Below are positions 1 through 13,271 of a stretch of 64,000 nucleotides of DNA, piece by piece. This DNA is from the human T2T-CHM13v2.0 reference genome, Homo sapiens. Position 1 is the first letter of the stretch. Each line of letters starts with the position of its first letter. A program made the translations under genes and the position numbers. The notes under the pieces were generated by a model. That model was not told the DNA's origin and did no database searches. It saw only the letters and a program-made list of their open reading frames with translations. Where the stretch lies: assembly GCF_009914755.1 (NCBI RefSeq), contig NC_060936.1; one strand, 5' to 3'.

Positions 1-238
1 CCCCTGTGCATTAAACATTCACCCAAAGGACTAACACTGTTGTAGTTCACTGGGAAAATCAGGGTCGGACTTGGTAAATGCCAACATAATTAGGCATCTT
101 AATTAGGAAGAGTCCTAAATGGTAAAGGGATAGGTGGAAAGGACATTGAAGGGTTGTGAGACAGCCTCCAGGGTGGCCGGCACCAAGCACAGGAAGCCCC
201 AGCTCGTAGGAAAGGAAATGAGGACACTGAAGACTCAC

Positions 239-294
239 TTAGTGGCTCGTTCCGAGATCCTCACTTCCAGCTTGTGGCCGTCCACGACGTGACC
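239..294 (-). CDS. RBM19: RBM19 exon 20 (GHVVDGHKLEVRISERATK)
   Basis: TTAG|GGT acceptor, TAA|GTGAGT donor, 56 nt. Confidence 0.94.
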
Positions 295-1136
295 CTAAGA
301 GAGAAGACAACATGGCTCATCTCTCTGTCCCGAGAAATACTCACCCGAATCCTTGCCCTTCACCAGAGCAGAGCCCTGGCTCGCAGATGGGAGCCTGACT
401 GTTCCCCGGGGAGTGGGGCTAGCTGGTCTAGAGGACAGAGGATGGTTTTTCCCTGAAATGGCTCACACCGTGCCCAGGCAGCAGCTGGTGGTCAGAGACT
501 CAGCCCTTGGACGCTCTCTTAAGCCACAGGTAGGCCTTGACCTAGATGTCATTCAAGGGACACGGAATTTTCCATTGTTTATAAGCATGTTCAGGCAAAG
601 TAAGGCCCTTAGGTCTGGCTTGCAGAGAGAGTTGGGTTTAGTTTGTATGTTCCTGAAAAATATTCTAAATCCTAGTGGAGTTGCATCTAAAGCTAGGTTC
701 TAACATTGGTCCCTCAAGGCAGAACTGGTGTATTAGCAAAATTACCCTTGAAAATCCCTTAAATCTCCCATAAAATACAGCACACAGAGCTTCGTAGGAA
801 CAATTCTTGGAGGCAATATTCACATATGCATGCACACAATGATGTCCAGAACATAATACAGTACACGTGCAAAGTGAAATTTCATAGAATCTTATATCGC
901 GTGAAAGAGAAACACGGACCACTGAACCTGCAGAGCCAATTTTAAGTTAAATGAGTACACAGCCCCTGACCAGGAAGGGCCTAGGATGTGGGGCATTATG
1001 AAGGGAACAGAGGATACCTTCTCAAGCTACTAACACCTACTGCATCTGCTTCACTTTAGCTGAAGGCCATCCTAGGCACCATGCATCAGGATGCATCATC
1101 TAATGCAAAGCCACAGAGCTTCTGGATTAGAACTTA

Positions 1137-1500
<364 letters not shown>

Positions 1501-2457
1501 CTAACTCCCCTCCTGCTAGAGAGTATCAATCTGTCCTTGTACTTAGGATCCAGCAGGAAGGCATATCTCCCTTCTCTGTCTGAATAGGATGTTGAGTCTC
1601 TGTCCAAACAGCTTTCGGTTCAGCCCTGTTCTCCCCACCTTCTCCCCAACTGGCCAAGCCTGGATGACTCAAGGGTCTCCTACCTGCCCCCTGCCCCCAG
1701 CCATCGTCCCCTCTCCACACCAGCAGCTGCAGAGGCTGGAGTAGAAGCCAGTGTGCTCACAGCCCCCTAATGGTCTCCCACTGCCTTTAGGCTGAGCAGT
1801 AAAATGGCCTAGAAGATCCTGCCCTGCACACCTCTCTCCTCAACCTGCACCCTGAACCGCCACCCCACGCCGCCCCTGCCACAGTGGCCTCTTAGCTTTT
1901 CAAACGTACTAAGCTCATTCCCACCTTATGGCCCCTGCCTCAGACCCTCTGCACATGGTCCCTCCTCCCCAACTACCTCCCTCCCAGATCTCTGTGCAGC
2001 TGACTTCTGGCCAAGCAGGTGTGGCCTCAACTGTCACCTCCTTAGAGAGGCCTTCCCTGACCACACAGCCTAAGTGCCCCACCTCCACCCCCAACTCGCA
2101 GCTTTGTCTTCATGACCTGGTCCTGCATGTTTATTCAGAGGTCCATGGCCTGTCTACCCCACCAGAAAGAGGGGCCCACGTGAGCAACCTCTCCCAGGCC
2201 TACCACCACCCCTGGCTCACGTCAGGCCCTTGATAATAGTGCTGTGGATCAAATGAATGAACTATGGTGACCGTGGAGTGTTGGGAAAGGTTCTTAATTT
2301 TTTCTTGGGCCACAGTCCCGTAGAGATCTGGGAAAAGCAATGGGCCCGGTCAAGTGTAGACTTCATACATATTCTCACTCAATTTCAGAGGGCTGACGGG
2401 ACCTCCCACTACCTGCCAAGTGCCTCCGTGGCCCTCAGCTGAGAATCTTCACTTTAC

Positions 2458-2537
2458 CTGGAGCTGCTTGAGAGCTTTCTGGGCTTGCTCCGGCTTCCTG
2501 TATTCCACAAATCCAAACCCCATGGAAAGGAGCACTC
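2458..2537 (-). CDS. RBM19: RBM19 exon 19 (GVLLSMGFGFVEY...KQLQ)
   Basis: (CT)n CAG|GA acceptor, CAG|GTAAAG donor, 80 nt; RNP1. Confidence 0.95.
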
Positions 2538-4574
2538 CTGAGAGAGAGAGGTGGAAATCACACCAGTCGGTGAAGCGGAAGCACAAGGCCAAGTGCAAGG
2601 GCTGTGACGGGCCCCCAGACCTGCGCTGTATTTCCTCTTCTTTTCATACCCCCTTCATTCCCCCCAAAAATCTCAGCACCTGGCTTGCTGTTTATCATTA
2701 GTCATCTTGACGAATCAGCCAACGCAGTTAACATGGCTGCCACCTGAGGCCCATTTGACTATTAATTAACAGATGACTGACATGATAATTAACTTCATAA
2801 TAGGATTCTGCTTTGGGAGGGAGACTGACCTAAGAGAGATGACCATCGTGAAGGCAAGTGGCAAAACCTCTACCTGGGCAGTCCTCTGCCTCCACACGTA
2901 ATGCCTAAAATGAATATGTGCGTGAGAGTCAAACGCACCAAAGGCTTGCTCTTCACAAATATTTCTCACCAGCCAATCACATTCAGTTTCCTGGGTTTCA
3001 GATATAAAGTTTGGATCATGTGGGCGACTGCATTATTCAAACTTCTCTGGTTCCTTACTTCTAGGTTGCAAGTAGCAAGAGTTCAGATAGCAAAGAATAC
3101 TGCAAAAATTTCATCAGAAACTTCCGCTTCCTCACTATGTGTAACTGGGGAGGGAGGAGTGTTTTTATAGGGCACTAAAAAACATTAAGATCCCTAATTA
3201 CATCTTGCCCTCTTGACATTAGATTTGATGTCCCCCCACCTTCCACCCACACCCCAGCATCTCATACATATTTGTTAGGTTTCTTCTTTATTGTGAATTC
3301 AAAGAAGATTCCCTTCAGTCTGATGGGTTCAAATGAGGCTCAAGGCTCTCTACCTTTGGCTCACTTTGCAGGTCCTATCTTTACCTTTACTGTGCTGTTT
3401 GTGAGACCTATGCTCCTGCCTTTCCATTGACAGCAGGTGTTACAAAATAAGAGCCAACTGCATTAAGGAATTCCATTAATTGCCCATACATGGCTCAGAC
3501 AGAACTGACAGCCAGTGCCACCCCATGGCGACTTTAAATGTTCGTTCTGCGAGCAGATACTGCTCCAAAGCTCTCTTTTGGAGGCTCGAGGCTGCAGGTG
3601 GTGGGCTGGCATGTCTGTGCACCTGTGAGATTTTAAAAGTGCAGTGACTGTGTGAAAGGCAACTGTGAGAAGGTCAAGTTCAACTCTGAGTTACTGACAC
3701 TATGCAGATCCACTCTCCGCCACCATCCTCTATGGGAAACTGACCTCTATAGACAGCTCTACCTGGGCTCCCCAGATTCCTTGCTTCCTGTTGGGATCAG
3801 CCAGCAAGAGGCTCTGATCTGGCATTGCGGGGTGGGGGGATGGAGGAGAGAGAGGCTGGAGTACTGGATCCTTCCACATGTCCCCACCCGCCTCCTTGCT
3901 TTGGGTGGCTCTGCAGTGGCCACGTCCAATCCACGGCCACCACTCCTGCAGGTTATCTCGTGGCTCCAACTCTCAGCTGAGCTCTGGTCACACGTTTTCC
4001 TTTAATGCCCCTCCAGGCACGGCAGGCGGAAAGGCATTCTTCCTGTAGAGCCCACTTCCTGGACATCCCTGTGGGCTCCCTTAGCCCAGCCACACGTCGG
4101 CCCCTTCCTTACAGACATCTCTGCTCCAACCCCAGCTGAGAGTGCTTTCTGTTTCCTGCTGCAACCCTGACTGATATACTTTGTTTAGATTTTCACCAAA
4201 CTGTGACGGATGGGCCCCAGAGAACAGGGGTCTCAAATACAGGCCCTTGAAAAAGACAGTGTATGTTTTAAGAGCTGCTTATGACATGGAAAGATCAGAT
4301 AACCACTTCTAAAACATGCTGAAGAGTGCTCCCCAGGAGTACAAGGCTGGCCCCACAAAGCATCTGACCGGGCGCAGTGAGAGGCAGGGACAGCCACCTC
4401 CACCTGCTGGCCTGGGTGCACCTCTGTCAATCTGACCCCCATCCTGGACTTCAGCAATAACTTTTTTTTTTTTTTTTCCTGAAATCCTCAAAACTGGTCC
4501 TTCTCATAATTAACTTGGTACTTAGCTGCCTTTCCTTGCACCCAAAACTATATCTGAAGACCCTGGAGAACAGG

Positions 4575-5310
<736 letters not shown>

Positions 5311-6543
5311 AAGGGATGTTCTGACTTCTGTGCTGTATGTCTGCTTAGAACCCTCCATGGCTCCCCAGTACTTCTGGGGAAAAGTCAAAACTCTTCTGTG
5401 TGTGTGGCATAAAAGCCACTTCATGGTTTGGAACTTGCCTACCTTTCTAGGCGTAGGCGTATCTCCTGCCTCTTCCTCAACGAATTCCCCAGGCTTGGCC
5501 ACTGCAGTGTGAGTGGCCTCTGAACACCTTGTTCCCGCCGCCTGGCTGCTCTGCCCCCCACCCCTCCCAGCCTCGGGCTGATGTGGTGTCCCCTGTGCTG
5601 GACGCCTGTCCCTGCCATCCAACCCCTTGCTGCACTCTGCTGTAACCACCAGCACATTGGTCTCTCTAGCTAGACTGTGTGCATGCTGCGGGCAGGGCTG
5701 CGTCTCCCTCAGTCTTATATAACTAACACCGTGCCTGCTGCCTGGTGGGGCCTGGGGACTGTCTGAGGAGTAACTCAACAGCAGACATTCTGGCCACCCA
5801 GTACTTTGCATGCAGTAGGTGCTCAGGACACAGTTTGGGCTGACACATGTAGCATTCCTACAAATCCTGCCAAACCAAAGGGACTCAGGATAGGGCTGGC
5901 ATGGCTGTGCGAAAGCAAGGACGTATCCCCTGCAGGAAGCCAGGGCTGGAGCCCAGCAGAGGCCAGGAGACTCAGAATAGCACCCAGGGCCGAATGGAGA
6001 GATGAGGGTGCTCTCTGCCTGTCCATGTACCCACTGGCCTGGGAGGTGCATGGTTATTGACTCAGGAAAATCTGTGTGGTTAATGACTCGGTAGAACGTT
6101 CCAGAAGTTCTACAACTGGGTTATCTCCCTCAGAAGGGAAGAGGGAGAGTGCAAGACTGGTTGTTTCTTGCTATTTCCTAGGAAACTTCCAGAGCACAAA
6201 AGTGCTGGGAGGAGGCAGAGGTTCCTGATACCATCCAGGGTCCTCACTGTCTGCCCACAAATGTTACTGCTCTGAAACCACCCCTGACAGTTTGAGGTGG
6301 TGGAGGCTCTAGGTTCAGAAGGATCTGACCCAAGAGGCTGCTTCGACTGGAAAGGAGACTCCAGGGGAACAGAAAGAGGGGCTATTTCAAAGAGTCTGAG
6401 GCTGACCATGCTTCAGAAAAAAGAGAACCTTCAAAATGTGCAAGGGAGAACTACCCCAACCCCTTGTCTGAAGCTGGAGCTTCTTTTGGAATCCACTCTT
6501 TCCGGCTGAATACTGAACACTTTCTGAATTTCATGCGGAATAC

Positions 6544-6604
6544 CTGCTTTGTTCTTCTTCTTGGAGATGGAGCAGCTCTTCACTGTCCCCACTTTTGAAA
6601 ACAC
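6544..6604 (-). CDS. RBM19: RBM19 exon 18 (VFSKVG...KKKNKA)
   Basis: CCAG|GTG acceptor, CAG|GTATTC donor, 61 nt. Confidence 0.93.
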
Positions 6605-8900
6605 CTGGATAAGAAAGTAACAAGTATCATCAGCAGCTCTAAACCACTATGCAGGCAAGGGCGCCTGTCAAACGCTATACCCCCAAATTTGCCATATGGA
6701 CACCTTGGGGTCCCAAAAACATTTTGAGGTGATGAGTGATTACCTCCTTTAAGTAACCTGGGCAGTCCCTTAGAGTTCCCCATAAGAGCAGCTGGGCTTG
6801 TTTCTCATTCCAGTTTTAGAAGAAGGAAGTAGGACACAGAACAGAGAAAGACTGACTGCAGATCATGCAATCGGGAAGCTGGGCCTAAGTTCCGAAGCAT
6901 GGGGTCTACTGCCCCAGTCTGGACCTCTCTCACTGCCCCCTGCACCAAATGCCAGAATAATTTTTACAGAAATTTTAAGTCATAGTCTATTCTATTTTCC
7001 CCTTTACTTTTTCTGTCTCCTTTGCTAGAATTTGAAACCCACCCAGAGCAAAATCCATGTTTACCTGGTTCCCGGCTACGTCTTCAGCACTACACACAGA
7101 GCCCAGGGAAAGGCAGATACCCAATAAACATTCACTAAATGAGCAATGGGGAAGCCCAGGGGCCGGGGAGAAACTTGAGAAACAAACACTACGAGCAGCA
7201 GCTGCTTACTGACTCTTGTGTTTAAAGTGTCAGATGCTTTATTTGGAGTATCTCCTTCATCCAAATCATCAAAACAACTCCATGAGAAGAGTCTATTAAC
7301 ATCCCCATGTTACAGATGAAGAAACTGAGGCACAGAAAGGCTGAAGGACTCACTCAGGGTCACATCATTAGCAAGGGGCAAAGCTGGGATCCAAGCCCAG
7401 GTAGACTGATCGCTACGCATGGCTCTCCACTCAAGGTGCTGAGACAGGAGCCCTGGGAACTACGGGCTCTTCCCCGCAGGGCCTCAAGTGGACTGTGTGA
7501 CCTAAGGACAGTGAACTGGCCTCTCTGAAGCTCAGTCTCCAGCCATGTTGCATGAAGAGACTGAACTAGGTCATCTTGGCTATGACTTCCAGCTCCAGAA
7601 TCCTTGAATTCAGAGGATGCTCTTGGGCTGCTGTTTGAGTGCATCTCCCAGGAAACAATGATCCCGGATAATGATGTTCCCATACCAGACCCGCACCAGA
7701 AAAAAAATAAAACTAACATTCAAATCTATCTGACATATTCAAATCTATCTACCTTTTGGATGCTACAAGTACATGCCGCCATTTAAAAGCAAAGCAAAAC
7801 AAAAATGGAACCAGGAAATAGCCAAAGACAAGTCTAAGGGTGGGTTTCCAATTGCTGAAGAAGGTGAATCTTGGCTCCTTAAACGCTGCTGCTTTAGTCA
7901 GGGTATCTCTGCTGTTGGGGCTGCTCTTCTACTAGGTAAGGGGACAGTCACATCACAGAGGCTGAGCCAGAGGGTGTCAGAGGGGCTCTGACCCTCTGCC
8001 TCTCTACCACATCCCAATGTTTGCCTCCATATCTTCTGCCCACCATATTCCTACCCCTGAGGTTCAGTGGACACTGTCTTCTCTCTTGACCCCATGATCG
8101 AATTTTAGGGTTCAGAGGGATTTTTAGAAATCAATCAGGTCAATTCTTATGGCCAGCTTCCTTACCAGAACAAGTTGATGGCGATCAGCCTGCTGTTATT
8201 CATTAAAACAGAACAAAAAACTGAAAAACCCACTGAGTGTTTATTCTGTGCCAAGCCCAGACTCTAGAAATAAACAGTCTCCTGAGGGAGGTGCCACAAA
8301 TTGGGGACCTTGCAGACCCCACTCCTTTGGAACTGGAGGCCCCGTTGTTTCCTGATCGCTGGTCCACTTCCTTCTAGAAGCCCCCGGCCCTCACTCAGGG
8401 CAGCCCTCATTTGGCTTTTACTAACCTTCTATGTGGAGCTCCCTGTCCTTTCATCCCCTTCCCTTTTCCCATAAATGCAAAAATCTCACCCCATCCAGGG
8501 ATTCCAGGGTCAAGCCCAGACCCTCACTCACTGATGTGGCTTCTCCATTATTCCCAGCGGGCGAGAGGATTGTGCTGACATTTACTTTTGGGTATTTACA
8601 TCATAGAAACAACTACTGCCTTCATATTACACGGTCTCCCGAAAGATTCCGGTATGCCTCCAAAGCGTATGTGGTAGCCCCTATCAGGGCCCCCGGCCAG
8701 CCTTGCTACTGCTCTAGTCTTCCGTTGAGTCATCTACTGGACACCCCAGGGGAAAGGGTCAAGTAGGTGGTGCTGGTTATTGCTCCCAAGTGCATATTAA
8801 CACGCATCATGTTTCAGGGCAGAATAAATGCAGTGGCCGTATCAGTAGACTGGGGTTTCCCATCCCACGCCCCTCCCTCCTGGGCTGAGAAACCACTCAC

Positions 8901-9076
8901 TTCCTTCAGCTTCTCTTCTGTTGTGTCAAAATTGAGATTCTTAATAAACAGAGTACATCCTGGGAGGCTCTCTTCTTCTTCTTCCTCTTCCTCCTCCTCC
9001 TCTTCCATCTTTGCTGAAGAGTTGTCTGCTCCTTCCTCTGTTGGATTTTCATCTTCTGGGGTTTCGCCATCAGGCA
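8901..9076 (-). CDS. RBM19: RBM19 exon 17 (VPDGETP...E12...EKLKE; RRM5 start)
   Basis: TTCAG|TG acceptor, GAA|GTGAGT donor, 176 nt; 12-Glu tract at 8970-9005. Confidence 0.95.
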
Positions 9077-9906
9077 CTGAACCCCCATCAAAACAAAAAC
9101 AAAAACAAAAACATCAAATCCATGAAATAATGTCAAACCCACCAGAGCCCTGGGGCCAACTGCAAAAAGCCCACTAGGTAAAGGGGTTCTGCCTCTGCGG
9201 GCAGTGGCAGGAAGGGGCACCGTGATCCCCAACTTGTGCTGAGCTTCAGCAACTCTTGAGACAGAGAGAAAGTCCTGCCCCTGCTGTGTTGTAAAGAGAA
9301 AGGAATACAAAACACAGCCCCCAAATGGAGCCTTAAACAGGACCAGCTCACACTAATTTGAACTTGGAAATAAATTACCATGTGAACTGTTTTACTGAAC
9401 CGTGAGCCTAAGCAAAACGTTATTTTTCCTCAAAAAACAAAAAAAAAAAAACAAAAACAAAAAAAACCAGCACTTAGTGAACTTTCAAACTAAAATGCAA
9501 CTTAAAACTTTTAAAAAATTACAGAATGGGAACAAAACTTAGGAAGAGTCTAAATACCCCCTTGAACCTAAAGAATGTTACATACCATCGAAATCCCTCA
9601 TATGCATTACTTCAGGAAGCATATACACAAAAGGTGTGGTTTTGTCTATACATATTAAATTCAGAGTTATGCATCACAGGGAAAAACGGAAAATACTCTA
9701 TGTTCACAAACAAGAGACTAGGTAAGGTAGAGTACCACCAAAAGCTGGAAAAATATGTAGTCATTAAAAATGTCGTTTCCGAAGAACGTTTAATGACACA
9801 CAACAAAGCTCATCATATAAAAGTTAGAGAAAAATTAAGATATTAAAAAAGTATATAACTGTAATTTTAGAAAATGTTCAATGTAATCCAAACCATGATC
9901 TAAGCT

Positions 9907-10375
<469 letters not shown>

Positions 10376-10478
10376 TCATTTCAACCTGTCACTGCTAGCA
10401 CTTTGTACCGCTTCCACTCTGAAGGAACAGCATTTTAGGGAGAGGAAGAGCAGATGTGAAGTTGTGAGTTAGCAAGGG

Positions 10479-10480
<2 letters not shown>

Positions 10481-10532
<52 letters not shown>
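10481..10532. repeat. (GT)26 microsatellite
   Basis: Direct read; (AC)26 in RBM19 pre-mRNA. Confidence 0.98.
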
Positions 10533-10533
<1 letters not shown>

Positions 10534-12066
10534 TGCAGCTCAGGGAGTTGGGAACAGGGAGACTAGACCTGCTAGCCTGCAGTGGCGCTAAGCATGTAGA
10601 TTTCATTCTCAGCTGCCAGAAGCCTCAGGAAGTTGGAAGAGGGCAGTGTCATGATCTTTTGAGAAATCTTAGGAGGAAATGTGTTCAATTCGTTTCAAGC
10701 TCCCCAATTTCCCTAAGTCACATGATTAGGACCTGGAGACAAATTCCTCCTCCAAAGACAAGGCTTCTGAAGCTATTCCCATATCCCCCAGGAAATCAAA
10801 CTGTCTTAGCAACTCTTCAAAGCAGTTCTCAGGCTGTGCCTTCACACCCCTCACCCTCAATGTTTCTAAGCAGATGACCAGTGACCTCCCCTAAGAGTTA
10901 AACCCTGCACCCCAGCCTGGCAGAAGCACCTGGAGGTCCCACGGGCGGGTACGCTGGAGCTGATGGAGACAGCCTGCTTCTTCTACTCACACCTTCACTT
11001 GCATAGTTCAAACTTCTTTGTGATGTAAGGGGGCTTCTTGGGGTTCAGCTGCATCCCACATACTCTCACCGCCAAGCACAAAAGATGCCTCTGTCTGTCC
11101 TGCCCTTTCTGATGCAAGCCTAATGCTTTCAAGTCCTAATTAAGCTTCGACCACTTTGTCATAAAACAACCCTTTTAAGCCCTTACAGAAACAGCTACCG
11201 TGATAATGCTGTCTCTTTAACATCAGTTGAACACACTGCCTTCCTCCCTCGGATAAGCCCAGAATCGAGACTCAGATACCAGCACAAAAAGAAGAAATCT
11301 ACACAAAGGCTCCTCCCCCAACCAAGAAACTAACACAATTTACCCAACAAGAGAGACTCCATGGTGTGGCCCTTTGTACTTAAAACCCAACTTTCAAACA
11401 AAGCTGGAGGAAAAAGTACCACTAATGGTGAGAACGAAAGCTATGCAAGGCAGCTAAGACTTCAGGTCCTGGACCAGAACTTCAATGGAGATGAAAACCA
11501 TGACCTTCAGCAGTGAATGATATTTCCACCCAGCTGGCCCTCCTTGGCATTTGACATCTTGGAGATTAAAGGAGAAAGGAAAGAACACTGATGAGATCCC
11601 CTGCCATGACCAGGCATGTGGTTGAATACCCTGAGTACAGTCTCACTCATGACCACAGCAGCCACATCACAGAAAACAGGGGGCCCAAGGAGAGTTCTGT
11701 AGGCTGCTGCATCTGTACCCGAAATCTCAGGCACCTTCTGGTTGGTGAGACAGGTTCATGGAAGACTGGAAAAAAATTTTATAGAGAAAAGCATAGTGGG
11801 GATGATGGTGACCAGGAGGGCTCATGGCCAGTTTAAAGGACAGCCCCTTCTTGGCACTGGCCAATTGACGGAAAGGTCAACCTAGCATGGCCAGAATTCA
11901 GATCTATTAAGAGAAGTAGGAAATCCAGCTTTACAGAGGAAATCCCATGGTTTTTAAATCTTGGCAACTTAATGGCAAGTGACTTTTGAATTAGGCAGTA
12001 GTCAGCAAGTACACCAGCTCATTGAAACCTCAGTGCTCTGCTCCCTGCATCTGGCCTGCCCCAGAG

Positions 12067-12250
12067 CACTGGCAAAGATGCCCTTCCCTCTTTCTGTCTC
12101 AAGGTCCCAGAACCCAGCTAGTGCCCGGCGTGGCATTCCAGGAGTTCCCAGTCTCACAAGAGTAATAACCCGGGGAGCCCAGAACCCCTCAGCATGGCTG
12201 GAGTTGACTCCACCCTGCCTCCCTGGTCTATGAGCAGTGGCTGGTGTGCT
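12067..12250 (+). repeat. Local diverged direct repeat A, copy 1
   Basis: Shares CCCAGAACCCAGCTAGT and TGGCATTCCAGGAGTTCCCA exactly with 13103-13271. Confidence 0.9.
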
Positions 12251-13102
12251 GCAAAGGGCATCTTTAAATGCCCAGGCACCTGCCCAAGGGGGTGTGATGT
12301 TTGGGTTTAGTAACACAGCTGAGACCAGTAATGGGCAGATCCCTTCCCTGGCAGATCAGCTGCCCTTAGCCCCAGCCCAGGAAGAACAAGAGGGAACTGT
12401 GAGGAAGGTGAAGACCTATTATCTGGGTGTGCAGTTGGCCTGGCATGGGGCTCACCTGGCATCTCCAACCTCCCATAAGTCAGCCTCTTACCCTCCCCTT
12501 CGGGAGGAACACCCAGCTTAAATGAAAGATGTGCTCAAAGGGGTCTGCCTTTCCTCCAGCAGCGCAGGCTCTGGCTGACCCCGGAGACGTCCGTTCTTTC
12601 CCTGAACCTTGAGTTCATAGCAACAACCGCCCTACACCTGAAACTTCACCCTGGATCCTAGAAGAACTAACAGTTCAAGGGCATCATGGTCTTTAGAGAT
12701 CTGCCGGAGAAGGGGGCCTGGAAAAGACGAGGAGGGCAGGCCCAGTCCCAGCCCTGCCACAACCTAGCTGCATGGCCCTGGGTGAGTGACTTCACTGCTG
12801 TCTCTGCACCCTTACCTATAAAATAGAGCTTATTAAAACCACCTCTCCCCTAATACCAAAAATACATACACAAACAAAAACCCCAAAGTCATGCTCATTT
12901 GTAGGAAAATTGGTAAACAGAACAGTGAGTGACTGTAAACTCAATTACCAAATTTTAAAAGGACGATAATGTAATAATTATGACGAAGAATGCAAAATCT
13001 ACATTTGAAGTTTAAATGAATTGTAAATTAATGTGAGTATATTGTATAGGATGTATTGTATAGGTTGTTTCAAAACCCAGCAAAGTGCAGGTGTATACAG
13101 AC

Positions 13103-13271
13103 CACTGGCAAAGATAATGGCCCTTCCCCCTCTCTCCCACAAGGCCCCAGAACCCAGCTAGTCCCCAGCATGGCATTCCAGGAGTTCCCAAGTCTTATAA
13201 GGGCAACAACCTGGAGGGCCCAGCAGCCCTCAGCATGGCCTCCCAGGTCCATGAGCTGTGGCTGGTGTGCT
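13103..13271 (+). repeat. Local diverged direct repeat A, copy 2
   Basis: Colinear with 12067-12250. Confidence 0.9.

Noticed and set aside
6536-6543. Possible U12-type intron (GTATTCCG donor)
   Set aside because: Does not match RTATCCTTT, and no TCCTTAAC branch site precedes the exon 19 acceptor.
8767-9177. Plus-strand poly-Ser ORF (also antisense ORFs over exons 6, 10, 15)
   Set aside because: Antisense shadows of RBM19 codons.
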